Source: Paraphysomonas bandaiensis
Lineage: Eukaryota; Protista; Chrysophyceae
Reading direction: 5' to 3'
Assembly (NCBI GenBank): GCA_965644295.1
Contig: CBFFRP010000405.1
Coordinates: 62,001 to 126,000 of the forward strand
Length of the DNA stretch: 64,000 nt
Positions 37,457-49,317 of the stretch are shown here, one piece after another. Under the pieces are notes generated by a model. That model worked only from the letters and a program-made list of their open reading frames with translations, searched no databases and was not told the DNA's origin. A program made the position numbers and the translations under genes. Every line of letters starts with the position of its first letter. Positions within the stretch are counted from its first letter, which is position 1.

Positions 37457-37881
37457 TTTTATACCTGTCAGTATATATCAGAGGGGCACATGTACCAAAA
37501 GAAGAAGACGTAGCGGAGATAGTTTGGATTCGCACATATTTACTAATTTCGTTTGCATTGAACATATAGTGTCTCGGAAGTCATGGACGGGTTTATTGTG
37601 CTTGTAACGAAACCTGCTTTATTATTGAAATGAGTTTAACATGCTGTATTATTGACACCTTCCATTTAACAGTTAACCAACGTCTGCTTCGCAATAAAAG
37701 CTGTGATTGAAGTAGTTAGCTTATAACTGTTACTTAAGAACCTTAATGGAATTACAAAAAAACTACTATAGTAGAACTGTTTTCCTAAGCGTAAATTATT
37801 GGTTGACTAAATTGGTAGTTAAGACACATATATTTAACTATGCATGTCATAACCTAATCTAATCAATTGAGTAGTGTGTTT

Positions 37882-37959
37882 CAGGGCCTGGTAGCCATAA
37901 ATGGTAGTCCAGTTCCCGGCAATTATAATGGCATTACCATTAGCGGTTACCAGGCCCTG
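37882..37959. mobile_element. 78-bp hAT-type MITE
   Basis: TIRs cagggcctggtagcc / ggttaccaggccctg; 8-bp TSD gtgtgttt / atgtgttt. Confidence 0.8.
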
Positions 37960-38416
37960 ATGTGTTTACTATGTTTAATCTTCAGTACTCTACAATTCTA
38001 TAATCAACGACTGTATGGGATGGTCCCTTGCACAAGACAGCCGGTCAAAACATGTTCTCACACAGCACAATAGAAAAAACGGTTTTATCTGAATGATTTT
38101 AGATAGAGTGTTACCGACCCATACACCATGGCATCAAACGTATGGTAGATGTAAAGTCTAGTGAATATATTACAGATATAATAAAACGAGGGATACGATA
38201 AAAATGGTACAGAGACTTCAAATACAACAAAAACAAACATGTGGAATATGTATGTGATAATAAAAAAGTGACTAAAAAGCTCTCGCATAGGAATTAAAAG
38301 TTCTCGCATATTTTTCCGAATATATATGCATACACCCTCTTGTTACTCCAGAGATAAATACTCTGTAAACCAAAACGACGCATACTATGGGAGTATATGA
38401 TTTCACTGTAGTCGGC

Positions 38417-39729
38417 TTAGTTCCTTATCAAACCCATTGTCGTCGACAACGAAAGGCTATTAGTTTTACGGTCTTTAGCGTGTTCTCTATACACTGGTGC
38501 AGTATACGTATAATTGTCAAGAATGGTTTGAACTTCCTCAGATATTACATATGCACGCTCCATGTTTTCGGCAAGAGTGCAAACGGAAAAGTGGTGCCGG
38601 ATGCATTCCCCCACGACAGATACATTTATAATCATAGGCGATTTTGCGCGCTTCCGAATCACCGCTTCCACACTATCCTTTAGAACATCGAAAAAAGGGT
38701 GTTTACTGAGAGAACGACTTTGCACAGACATCCCTAGCCTCAGGGGTATCCGTACATCCAATAGCCCATGTATGATATTTCGGAATTCGGAAGTGACAGG
38801 AACATTGCAAGGGGTAACAGATGGAACAAAAACAACGAGATCTGACGGGAGAGAGGCGTTACTTACTACCGTCTCAGCTACTTCTTCAAGAGCACCATCA
38901 GCATCATCAAATGATATCTTTGTCACATTTGCAGAGGTGGAAGTGTAATCAGTTAAGTATCGACTTGAGTTCCATATGTGGCTATACTTTTCTTCCACGA
39001 AAGTCACAAATGATTTCGGGCAGTGTCGCTGGAATGGACGATACATAAACAACATCTCAAACATCACCACACCAAGACTCCAGAAATCACTCTCAAAACT
39101 ATGTTGATGTGTGCTAGTCAAGACCTCTGGGGCTAGGTAGCTGAAGGTACCACTAGTGAGGGTACAAACCATTCCACTAGAAGTGCTGTCATTACAGTGT
39201 GCTACTCCGAAATCAGTTAGACGTGGATACCCTTCGCCGTCAAGCAAAATATTCTCGGGTTTGATATCTAGTAAAAACGATTAAATTCACGTAGGATGGA
39301 TACATATAAACTCTTACCCCTATGAATAACACCAAACGAATGAATGTGATGTAACGCTGATGTCAAACATATAGCTATAAAGGCAACACGCTCCTCATTG
39401 AAGTGAAAATTAGAATTAAGGTGACACCGCAGATCCCCGCCTTCTAACAAGTCAAGTACTAACACGCAGTTGGTATAGTCATGATATGAAAAGTGAAGGT
39501 TACACAAAAAAGGATGGTGTGTAATTCTTTTCAATGCTTTCAACTCCCCTCTCAGCATATCTGCTCCTCCTGATCGCATCAGACACTTCTTGATATTAAT
39601 AATCTTTGATGCAAAGTCTAATTGCTGAGGCTTGTATATCGTTCTCTTCACAACTGCAAATGACCCTTCACCTATCATCTCGGCCATCGTGAACTCGCTC
39701 TTTGCTGAGCATGAGGAACCCGAGCCCAT
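38417..39729 (-). CDS. AGC-group Ser/Thr kinase (STK32/YANK-like), 2 exons, predicted N-myristoylation
   Basis: MGSGSS, GEGSFAVV, HR|DIKPEN split by a ~50-nt intron, DFG, YLAPE, DFWSLG. Confidence 0.93.
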
Positions 39730-40422
39730 GATACCGTTGCCAGTGAAAGACTATTCAACGGCAATGGAGAAGTCAATCACCTGATTCGGTACGCCTACTC
39801 TACCGTACCAACCTAAGTTACTACTAAGGGTATGGTATGGTATGTGAGTGTGCGGTATGATTGAAGGAAGTGTGATGCGGTAATCATCGCAGTGTTGCTG
39901 GGTTAAGGGGCTTGAAGATAACTAGATCCTACGCCTCTCATACGCACTTCTCACCGCACACCAAAGCAAATGTTAGTTACCAAGATATCCGTATATGAGC
40001 AAAACTACCGATTGGATTTCCGGTACATGCAGACTATACAGTATACAGTACATACTGCTATAGATAGATGAGTGCGTACGTGAACAGAAATACTACGATA
40101 TACAGTCCTGTAGTTCTACTGCATGCCCTGTAAGACAGAAAATTCGAGTTTTTGGAGAATATTGTAGTTTTCTGCTGACTGCAGTTTTCTCCTATATATA
40201 TACCGGTATAGCAGGCAGCATGTGAAGCCCTCACTGTTAAACAACTAGACGGAGCACAGTGTACATGTGTGGTATAGTGGTATATGTACAGTACTTGAAC
40301 CGTCTATCTGCTATTGACTGTGTATGAGTCGAATAATATGTTCAGATAATCGTCGATTAAAGGTGCCCTCATTGACCCGCCTATAAGGGATGTACTCTTT
40401 TTGCGTCTAAGGGTCCTGTAAG

Positions 40423-42897
40423 ATGCTAACAGTGTGGCTGATTCTTGCGGTTGCTGCGAGAGGGGCTACAGGGGATGACAACTGGCAATTTCAACAAAAT
40501 TTCGGAACGGATTTACCTGCGGATTGGATTGCTTATACCGGCAGAGGAGCCATTTATTTCGCCTTCTCAGATTTTGTCGAAAGCAAAGTCGAGATATATA
40601 CTACATACTACAACAACAGGACATATCTAGGGAAGTTAGCAGTGTTATATGATGGCAGGAAAGGATTTGGGAACACTATAGATATGCATGGAACTCATAA
40701 TACTGGGCCAATGTTATTCGTCACCCAAAGAGATGGGGACACTGGTGTGGGGTCGGCCTATGTATTCTCTGGTGAATGGAACAAGTGGACACAGATCCAA
40801 CAACTTCTTCCACCTGACAGATTCCTTTCTCATTCGGATTTTGGTTCTAGTATCAGCGTGGATAAAGCGTCACTTCTAACAGCTGTGGTGGGGTGTCCAC
40901 GCTGCAATGACACTGAGCACGCTGGGCAGGTGTACGTATATAGCGCGACGTCTCCCTCTGCCCGGGTCTGGACTAATACCCAGGTACTTACTGCCCAGTA
41001 TTACGACTTTGAGGAGGACCCACTTAAGGTGACCTACTTTCTAGGAGACTCCGTTTTAGTAAGTGGGGGCGTCATTCTAGGCCGGGGCCTTAAATTCAAT
41101 GGTAGAACTGGGTTACAGGCGGTAGTAGCCTTCACTCGGGATCCAGTCAACAAGATATGGTCGCAACAGCAAGTGATATATGGAGCATCTGATGCCGAAA
41201 ACTTTGATGTGCATGGACATACTATCGTTGTAGGTATGCCCGGACTGGAAGTGCGTGGCATGATAGGGGCTGGCGCAGTTGAGATCCTGTACCCCAACAC
41301 GAAGGAGTACGGAACAGCAAGCGCAAGTCGTATAGATGTACAGAATCACCCTCTCCACCCTAGAGGTATGCAGTGGTCCAGCCGCCAAGTTCTGACTGAA
41401 GACGACCCCACGGCTCATGGCAACTTCGGTTCGGACCTCAGTCTCTACGAGGATCAGCTTATAGTTGGTGAGCAAGGTGCGTCCCGAATTCATGTGTTTG
41501 CTAGACCCTCAATAAGTAGCCATTGGAGCCAGAGACAGATCATATCGCCTTCCATTCCGATGAATTTTTTTTCGGACAACTATCTCAATGGGGCGAATTT
41601 GGTTACTGTCGGGTTCCCAATTCGAGAGGACAATACGTTCGTCCCTTCAGTGGAGCTATACAGCGAAGACACTGCGTGGGAATGTCTAGTGGTCACTCTT
41701 GAGGACGCATTTGGTGACGGTTGGAGTTCAGCTAGACTTCAAGTGGAGACCCCAAGTGGTGACCTTGATTACTTCTCGTCATATTGCAACTACCCAAATC
41801 CGTTTACGTTCCGCTATTGCCCCCTTTTTGCCAAAGATGGAGGAACATATACCTTCTCTGTTCCGGATGCACTAAAGAAAGAGTTCTACTGGGAGCTAAG
41901 ATGGCGAGTGTATGAAGAGCGATCTGGGCAGACTTTTATCGGTAATTACGCGACTATTATGGAGTTTTACTTCGACACGAGTGAAGTGGCCTTTGTGGAC
42001 CGATCTATCACACTCCCACTTCCTGAGGTTGCGTCGTGCTCCTTTTGCAGAGAATATACTGAAGAGGAGGCCCCTGGGGTTGGAGATTCCTCTAGCTGGC
42101 AGTATATGACAATGCATGCTTCTCCTGAGTCCCCTTGGTTCGATCCCGGGTACAAGGGAGCTGGCTATGTCCTATCCGATACACAGGGTCGTAAGGCGAT
42201 TTTTATGGGTACTATGTGCGCAGGCGAAATCGAGCGCAATTGTTGGCTGGACCTTCCTGACGGTACATATGTTTTGCGAATAGCTGGAGACCTCGGCTCA
42301 AGTGCTGCTAATCACTCTTGGTCCTTTTGTGGGTTAGAAAAAGAAAGTAGTAGTAGTAGCCATGTTTTATTCACGGTTGAGAACAGCGAGTGCACTGTGG
42401 TGGCTTTCTATTCGTTGGATACCTATTGTCACGATCCGCTAAATGCATTCGTTTCATTGGATGGGGAATCACTTATTGTGCGGACAGAGGAGGATCTGGC
42501 ACCGTTGTTGTCCGCATACGACAGAGCGCAGTTCTCGTATGCTTTCTCTGATGCAGTGATGGGACTAGGAGTAAAGGATATAGCTGTCACTGCTGTGGTA
42601 GCAGGGTCTTCTGCTGAAGAAATCAGGATTAAGTTCACGCTAGTACTGGATACACTTGGTCAGGGGTATGATCCTCGTGACTATGATTCCATGTTGTCCA
42701 TGACTAACGCTATAATTGATGGCATTCAGCAGGCGGTAGATACAGGGGACGTCGTACGAGCGCTACAGTCGTCATCCATGGTGCCAGAATCCACTTTCTT
42801 TCGCACTTCCATTGCTGCTTCTGTATCTTACATCGGTATGATGCGCATTAATTTAGTTCAGTTCACCTCAAATTTTGAGGAGCAGTATGTATTCTAG
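40423..42897 (+). CDS. Secreted FG-GAP/beta-propeller protein with Cys-containing C-terminal modules, intronless
   Basis: Signal peptide; repeats such as FGSSISVD..VVGCP..AGQVYVY and W.Q.Q.L; LEDAFGDGW module. Confidence 0.85.
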   Translation: MLTVWLILAVAARGATGDDNWQFQQNFGTDLPADWIAYTGRGAIYFAFSDFVESKVEIYTTYYNNRTYLGKLAVLYDGRKGFGNTIDMHGTHNTGPMLFVTQRDGDTGVGSAYVFSGEWNKWTQIQQLLPPDRFLSHSDFGSSISVDKASLLTAVVGCPRCNDTEHAGQVYVYSATSPSARVWTNTQVLTAQYYDFEEDPLKVTYFLGDSVLVSGGVILGRGLKFNGRTGLQAVVAFTRDPVNKIWSQQQVIYGASDAENFDVHGHTIVVGMPGLEVRGMIGAGAVEILYPNTKEYGTASASRIDVQNHPLHPRGMQWSSRQVLTEDDPTAHGNFGSDLSLYEDQLIVGEQGASRIHVFARPSISSHWSQRQIISPSIPMNFFSDNYLNGANLVTVGFPIREDNTFVPSVELYSEDTAWECLVVTLEDAFGDGWSSARLQVETPSGDLDYFSSYCNYPNPFTFRYCPLFAKDGGTYTFSVPDALKKEFYWELRWRVYEERSGQTFIGNYATIMEFYFDTSEVAFVDRSITLPLPEVASCSFCREYTEEEAPGVGDSSSWQYMTMHASPESPWFDPGYKGAGYVLSDTQGRKAIFMGTMCAGEIERNCWLDLPDGTYVLRIAGDLGSSAANHSWSFCGLEKESSSSSHVLFTVENSECTVVAFYSLDTYCHDPLNAFVSLDGESLIVRTEEDLAPLLSAYDRAQFSYAFSDAVMGLGVKDIAVTAVVAGSSAEEIRIKFTLVLDTLGQGYDPRDYDSMLSMTNAIIDGIQQAVDTGDVVRALQSSSMVPESTFFRTSIAASVSYIGMMRINLVQFTSNFEEQYVF

Positions 42898-43801
42898 CTA
42901 GAGCCTTGGTTAAAATGTATTAAAACACGTATATTAATTTGGGAGATGTTTTATATGTAACGAAACAAATCCGTTAATTATTGCAACAGTATCAGTAGAA
43001 GAACTCACGAATTGCTATGTTCTCATACACCGACACTTATTTACGTGGTACACAAGCAGTATTTATGACGTAGTATGACTCACTACTAGCTAGTACAAAA
43101 ATATCGATTTTCGGGGTATATACTTAAAATGATTAATCCTAATACTTAAATATTTTAGTTCATCATATCACCACATTAATTCCACACAATAAAGCATTTG
43201 ACTGATGTAATCATCACTAACGGTTATGAACCAATAAATCCTACATTAGCAACATATGTTATTGTGAAACTTTAAATATTAGTTATCGTGGTCGTGGATA
43301 TGTACTTCAGGCCTGGTAAATTCCATAGGTCTGCATTAACAAAGCATTTTTCAGTATAAGGTTTTTTTGGAATGATGTAGACATGTCATCTGTTGATTGA
43401 TATATATATTATATATATATTTATTTACACTATTGGCACACAGGTATCTCACATGTAGAGAATTACAAATACGCATACTGATGTATTGAATATGTTAGAG
43501 AAATAACAGTTTACTCTCTAATAATCTAAGTCAAAATGATAAGGACACTGTAACAGCTTCGTATAGAGCAATAAAACTAAAGCATGGAGGCTGTATAGCA
43601 TCCCTCCTCAAGTACTGTACCTGCGGATATTTAGCTCATTTTTATACCAATTTCCACTATATCTGTACAGACTATGATGGGTATGAAAAAAGATATTATT
43701 TCCATCATTGATCTATGACGGTGCATGCTTGTGTTATATGAGAGTAGCCTTAAATATAATAGTGTTGAATATTCTGTCTATTACACATGTGGTGAGTAGT
43801 A

Positions 43802-44190
43802 GTGAATGACTTATTATTAGCAATAGGCGTGTAAGAGTCAACGCTTAACTCTGATACCCTAATATTTAACGCTACGAAAGCAGCTTGTGCGTCACAGCAA
43901 GCACCAAGGTGCAATCACTTACACTCTCTGTCCTTAGGTGAACTAGCCCGAATGCTTGACTTTAGCAGACAATCCAATACCCCGGATACCCTTGAGGTGG
44001 GCCCAAAGACGTCTACACAAGTGACACTTATATTTGTGTCCCTTGTATCACACAAGCATTTGGCTATATGAGTGGGCAGAAGAATATCTGCTGACTATAT
44101 ATGCGGCTCACGTTAGTTTCCCGGAGAAATGTCTCTGGTACTTATCCCCCAGAACACCACGAAAAGGTGCAAGCCCGACTTTATTGAGAG
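43802..44190 (-). mobile_element. Full-length SINE-like element (short variant)
   Basis: 18-bp TSD cacatgtggtga(g/a)tagta at 43784-43801 and 44191-44208; head and tail both present. Confidence 0.92.
44105..44190 (-). ncRNA. Candidate HDV-like ribozyme (best-paired copy)
   Basis: P2 ggcttgc/gtgagcc, P3 acc/ggt, L3 ttttcgt, P4 ccagaga/tctccgg, candidate catalytic C at 44116. Confidence 0.6.
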
Positions 44191-45005
44191 CACATGTGGT
44201 GAATAGTACACAAGACTGCCCTTTTGCTGACGATTTAGATGATAAACGGACTCGACGAGTGAATATACTTATCTAAAGAAAGCAGATGCAAGTTGTACGG
44301 CCAGAGAACTTCTAAGCCTTCCAGTTTCCGTCGTGTGATCGATGATAAGAATCAAAATATATCAGAATACTTTCATGGTGCCGTCTCGTTCATTGATAAT
44401 GCACTTATGTCTAATATACACAGCACAAGCAGTTGAGAAGAATACTCGCTTATTCGTATGGAACAAAACCAAATAAATTTCTCAATACCAGTCGAACAAT
44501 TGTGCCAGCATGGCTAACGAAAAGTAAAGACTTAGGACTTAGATGATGATGAGGGTATACTATATGTCTATTTGTCTAGACTCAAAGACCAAGAGTATGT
44601 CCTAATCAGGTTTTTGTGGATCAATTACAATTATTTAGCAATCAAAACCTGCTATTAGAAGCACCTCTAGGACCGTATAGCTTTTCTAATACTTGATCTG
44701 TTTGAACGAGCCAAAACCAAGTACAAAAGGCTGGACTTAGTACTAGTCAACATCACATCTCAACGGTTGCAACACACACCTATACTTCATAAACTACACT
44801 TCATACATCTACTAGATACTATAGACTAATTTAATACACTAGTCCCTCTACGACATTTCTGTAAGTTGCCAATTCATTTGTCAACAGCCACTAAAATTAT
44901 TAAGTAATAAATCCATACTGTGATAAGCTATTCGTGAGAAAAACATACAAATATGTCGGCAACGATTTGCAGTCGGTCTCACGTAGAAAATAGAGTATGA
45001 TAAGC

Positions 45006-45788
45006 TTAAATCTTGTTCATAGATGCCACAGTGACACTCTGCACGTAATCCTCCATGGCCTCAATATTATCAGTGACATCATCCAGGAGGACCAGACTAT
45101 CAACTATAGTGCAGGTCATGACAAGCTTTTTAATTCCGAACGCAACGGGCTCGAGCTTGTAAGTAGCACCCCACTGCAGGCCCTCCTGCTCGTACTTGAT
45201 GATCTCCTTCCACACAGCCTCCAAGTCACAGTCAGCCTCCCATGGCTTCACGTCAAGCACAATGAGAGATTTCTCGACAGGCTTAGGTTTGTCCTTCTTG
45301 ACCTTTCCTTCCCTGGCATCCTTCTCCTCCTTGAGTCGCTTGGCAAGAGCCATTCTCTCCTGTCTAGCTTTGTTCGCAGCACGCTCCTCCTCGGTCTCGT
45401 CATCGTCGCCGAACATATCATCGAAGTCAGCTTCGGCAGCCTTGGGGGCAGGCTTTTTCTCCTCTTCATCACCAAACATGTCATCAAAATCATCATTGAC
45501 CTTCTTAGGGGCTGCGGAAGCACCAGAGCAAGATCCGCTGAAAGTAATGCTGTAATAACCTTATCAGACAACTAAAAACAGGAATGTATAGATCACGTAC
45601 TTGTTTAATCCAACAAGGGCAATAACGTGGATAGCCCAACGGTAGGCATTGGGGAAGGAGGCCTTGTCGGGAATACCAGAAAGGGCAGAGAGGGCAGCCT
45701 TGTCGGCATCGCTCAGGGAGAATCCCTTCACGTAAGACCTGGTGGCCAAATGACGTTCCAAATCACCAACGTTCTTGAAAGTAGACAT
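45006..45788 (-). CDS. EEF1B: Translation elongation factor 1-beta (eEF1B), 2 exons
   Basis: N-terminal HLATRSYVKG..RW; C-terminal KSLIVLDVKPWE..WGA..LEPVAFGIKKL..VQSVTVASMNKI; intron ~45538-45600. Confidence 0.97.
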
Positions 45789-46231
45789 ATTTTAACCGCA
45801 ACAAGTATATACGAGGAATGTATAAATGATATGGAGGTGTTAGTGTTAGCATGGATTGAGACATACACGGAAGCGGTTGAGAGCCATCAATTTATTGGGG
45901 TGCCGGTAGACCACAAGACACCAGAGAGGAAAAAACTGAATTAAAAAATCTAAAAAATCTTGAACAATCTTCTGATTTTCAGTTTATATAAAAAAAAGTA
46001 ATCCACAATCGAAGTCGAAGTCTAGAAGTAGGAAGCGTTGTACGAATCGTTGTGCTGTATATCTACATGCTGCATTCCAAGTGAAGGCAGTAGCACGGGG
46101 ATCATCTACATGTACAGAGTATGTATCTAAGATCTAGAGGTATAAGCAGAGGAATCGAGCGATTGTATTGATCTCTCCCTGTTGTGCTATTTGCAGCAAG
46201 TATTCTTCTATAGCTGATATTGTAATGCATG

Positions 46232-46790
46232 TTACGTATAGAGTGACTGCACTATCGATTGATTAGGTGTATCTAGGCTATACAGTTCAATAGATATCTG
46301 TGTTGGGGCTTGAGCATGGATATATGCGACATGAGCACCCAAACTCAGCGGCTCTGTGGTACGGCCTGATATGGCTAGTAAAGAGAACGAATGACTGATT
46401 GAGTTATCCCCAGACGATATTAGCGAATTAGAGCAGCCCAGCACCTCTTGTACAAGCGGAGGTAAATATGGATTAACCACAAGTTCAAACTTTTCTCTCC
46501 GTATTCTTGGGCCTAAGTTGTTGAACTTGAGGGAAGAATTAATTAAGGCTAGAGGATTCGCTGTAGTGAGAGGACTCAGCAGTTCCGATCCATCAAACTC
46601 GAGAGCGGCAGTCCTTTCGTACCGAGTCGAGTGATGCTGTTGGTCTGCTGTCACTGCGACAGGAGCTGGAAGGTGAAGACTCCCTATTAGTCAGTGCTGC
46701 TGCTGTTCCCGTCGACCAAAACTTCTCCCACTGCTCCTAAAGCCGATTGCTACAGACAGACGGGGAGAGTTTCCTATAGGATAACTTCCT
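46232..46790 (-). pseudogene. Probable decayed gene fragment, product unknown
   Basis: 140-codon protein-like frame without ATG that degrades into stops. Confidence 0.3.
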
Positions 46791-46821
46791 TTTCTTCTAA
46801 TTCATGTGTTCTCCTGTTACA

Positions 46822-47157
46822 CCCTTCCCAGAGACAGTATATCGACTCTGACCAGCGGTTCCCAGATGCACCGAGATTGATACCGGAGCACTAGAGGTTT
46901 TTGATAGTCTCTATAGTGACCCAACTATTCATCTGCGCATGAGGCTGCTTCCTGGTGACATGCAGTTTATGCACTACCATTCCTTGCTCCACGACCGCAC
47001 TGCTTTTACTGATTCGCCGGAGCTTGTTATGGGACGTCATCTGCTAAGGTTATAGCTATCAGTTCCAGGCGACAGGGAACTGCCGGATGTGTTTGCTACT
47101 CGGTACGGGTCGGTGGAAGTCGGGAACAGGGGAGGTATTGTGCTATCACCTTCGTAA
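46822..47157 (+). pseudogene. C-terminal fragment of a TauD/TfdA-family dioxygenase
   Basis: QRQYIDSDQRFPDAPRL, frameshift, LLPGDMQFMHYHSLLHDRTAF..RHLLRL*LSVPGDRELP..GNRGGI. Confidence 0.85.
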
Positions 47158-47435
47158 CAGTTCTGCGTGCCCAAGAAGCGTGAATTGATCCGCTAGTACG
47201 AAGTGCCCTATCTGCAAGTATTAATAACTGAGTCTCTCTCTTGTATACATAGTGTCAAGGCAACAACGAATAATAATGGATATAAACTATTGTTTACTAC
47301 CTTTAAGAATCAGAGCTAATTTAGCATTGTAACTTAACTAAGAGGTGCTTGACTCTGATATTCTACATTTAGCGCTACACGAAAGCTGCTCCTGCGTCAC
47401 CACAAGCATCAAGGTGAAATCACTTTTGCTCTATC

Positions 47436-47510
47436 GCAGATGTTAGTTATATCAACATTCTGTTCGCAAACGCAGTGAGCGAACAGAATGTTGATATAAC
47501 TAACATCTGC
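47436..47510. repeat. Perfect 32-bp inverted repeat, 11-nt loop
   Basis: 47436-47467 is the exact reverse complement of 47479-47510. Confidence 0.97.
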
Positions 47511-47513
47511 CCA

Positions 47514-49189
47514 TATATATATTGAATGTCTGATTATTTAGCAATAGGCGTTGAAAGCCTGCACCAATTAGTGGCTAGAAGAATGCTAGTCATACTAGTT
47601 AGACTACTACCCGTAACTAATCAATACAAACTCTTTTATCCTACTATTTAACGCTACAGAAGCTGCTTGTGCGTCGCCGCAAGCACCAAGGTGCAACCAC
47701 TTCCGTTCTTAGTGTGTGTTATGAGGCTCGCCATGATCGTGTGTCCTGGGACTCACCGGCGCGTGTGATCTGGAGGTCTCCTCTTGGGATGAGACTCCAC
47801 TCGCTATATGATAGATAGCCTTATGTACCTCACGGGGACTGACTTATTAGCCTTATGGCAGTTAGGGGAAACAGTAATATGCCCTTCTGAGATTGGCGAT
47901 CTGGTGGCCTTCCTTTAGGCATTGTTCCAAGTGGCTCGGAGGTATGTGGATGAAGGTCTTGCAAAAGGTTATGGCCTACTGTGAAGAAGCGTCGAAATCG
48001 GCTCTTTTGCTGTCTTAGCCAGCGGTAGAGAACACATGCAAGAGGGTGTATAGCTGTACAGGGGTGGGATGTGAGGGTCATCCGGTGTGTCCAGCTACAG
48101 GGAGTCGAGAGGGAGTGTGATGGTGCAAGAGAGGCAACATCTGATTGAGGAGAGTGAGACTGCGCAACAGAACAAGAGTCACTGAGGTCGAGTACTCTGA
48201 TAGACCTATGCACGAGATGATCGTGATGATGATGATGGTCTGGAGGAGACACTCGGACGTCCTCAGCTGCTCTTGTTAGTGTCTGTGTTGGTGCAGGGGG
48301 GTACAGACTGAGGTATAGAGAGTGTGTGTAAGGAAGATGACGGCAAGGTATCAGAGACGAAGGGAGGGGAGATAGTTTGTCTGGGGGTTTTCTAGGAGGA
48401 GGTAGAGTGTACTGTGTGTGTGTATGACACTGCAGTGATGATATGAGTGTGTTGGACAGAGAGAGAGAGCTGGTGATGTGTCCAGCAGTACAGGTAGACA
48501 GGTACATGGACATGGTGATGTGTCCAACAGCAGTAGAGGTATACACGGAATGGTATACATCCTGTAGGACACAGTAGTACAGTAGTCGAGTATACCGTAT
48601 GCGGAATACAGTGTCTATCCAATGAGATGGATGGGCTGTGGGGGTGATAGGTGAACAGGGTGAGGGGGTAGCCTGCTGGGTGGATGGACCACAGACAAAC
48701 CATGTTGGGTTGGGCTGGGTTGTCGTCAGGAGACGGCCCTGTTGTGCAGTGGAGAGGTGTCGAGAGGAGACAGGGGTTGCAGAGAAGGTACATGGGGGCC
48801 GTTTGCGTGGATCTGCTCGCACGAGCCATGCTGTAAGTGGTTGTATCCGTAGAGAACCGTGTAGGAGACGAAGGTGTCTCCTTAGGTGATAGCATATGCA
48901 TGCGGTCAGCGCTGCATTGGTGCAGGCACGTTGTTTAACTGAAGTAGTTGAGTAGGGTGAAGGTTGCAAGGCCAGGCAGGGGGGCTTGGAGCGTGTACAA
49001 CATGGTGTGACAGGTAATTTGTCGGAAGCGTGGTGGTCAACAAAATGCAGCAGTAAGGGAGTGTAAAAGGCCCTGGGCACACTGATGTGACTCAGCCACG
49101 GTGTCAATAGAGACATTGGGCTTGGAGCTGGTTAATAGGGTGAAACTTTATGTTGGACTGTATTTGCCATCGTAGGGCAGAGAATTATA
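47514..49189 (-). mobile_element. 1.68-kb 5'-truncated LINE-like 3' end (family B)
   Basis: 13-bp TSD taacatctgccca (47501-47513, 49190-49202); long low-complexity ORF with PRKPPD, PKGRPPD and PKRRPPD; 3' motif 47656-47706; ends aataatcagacattcaa(ta)n. Confidence 0.88.
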
Positions 49190-49317
49190 TAACATCTGCC
49201 CACTTCAGAATTTTTGAGTCCTTAAGGTGAACAGCCCGGATGCTTGACTTCAGTAGGCAGCCCTAAACCCCCCATATGCCCTTGAGCAGGGCTGCGTACC
49301 AATTAATTGATTTTCAA

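Noticed and set aside
42125-42160. tRNA T-arm-like ggttcgatccc
   Set aside because: Inside the 824-aa ORF; no cloverleaf.
47830-49116. 428-aa ORF as a host gene
   Set aside because: Lies within a TSD-flanked retroposon fragment and is low complexity.
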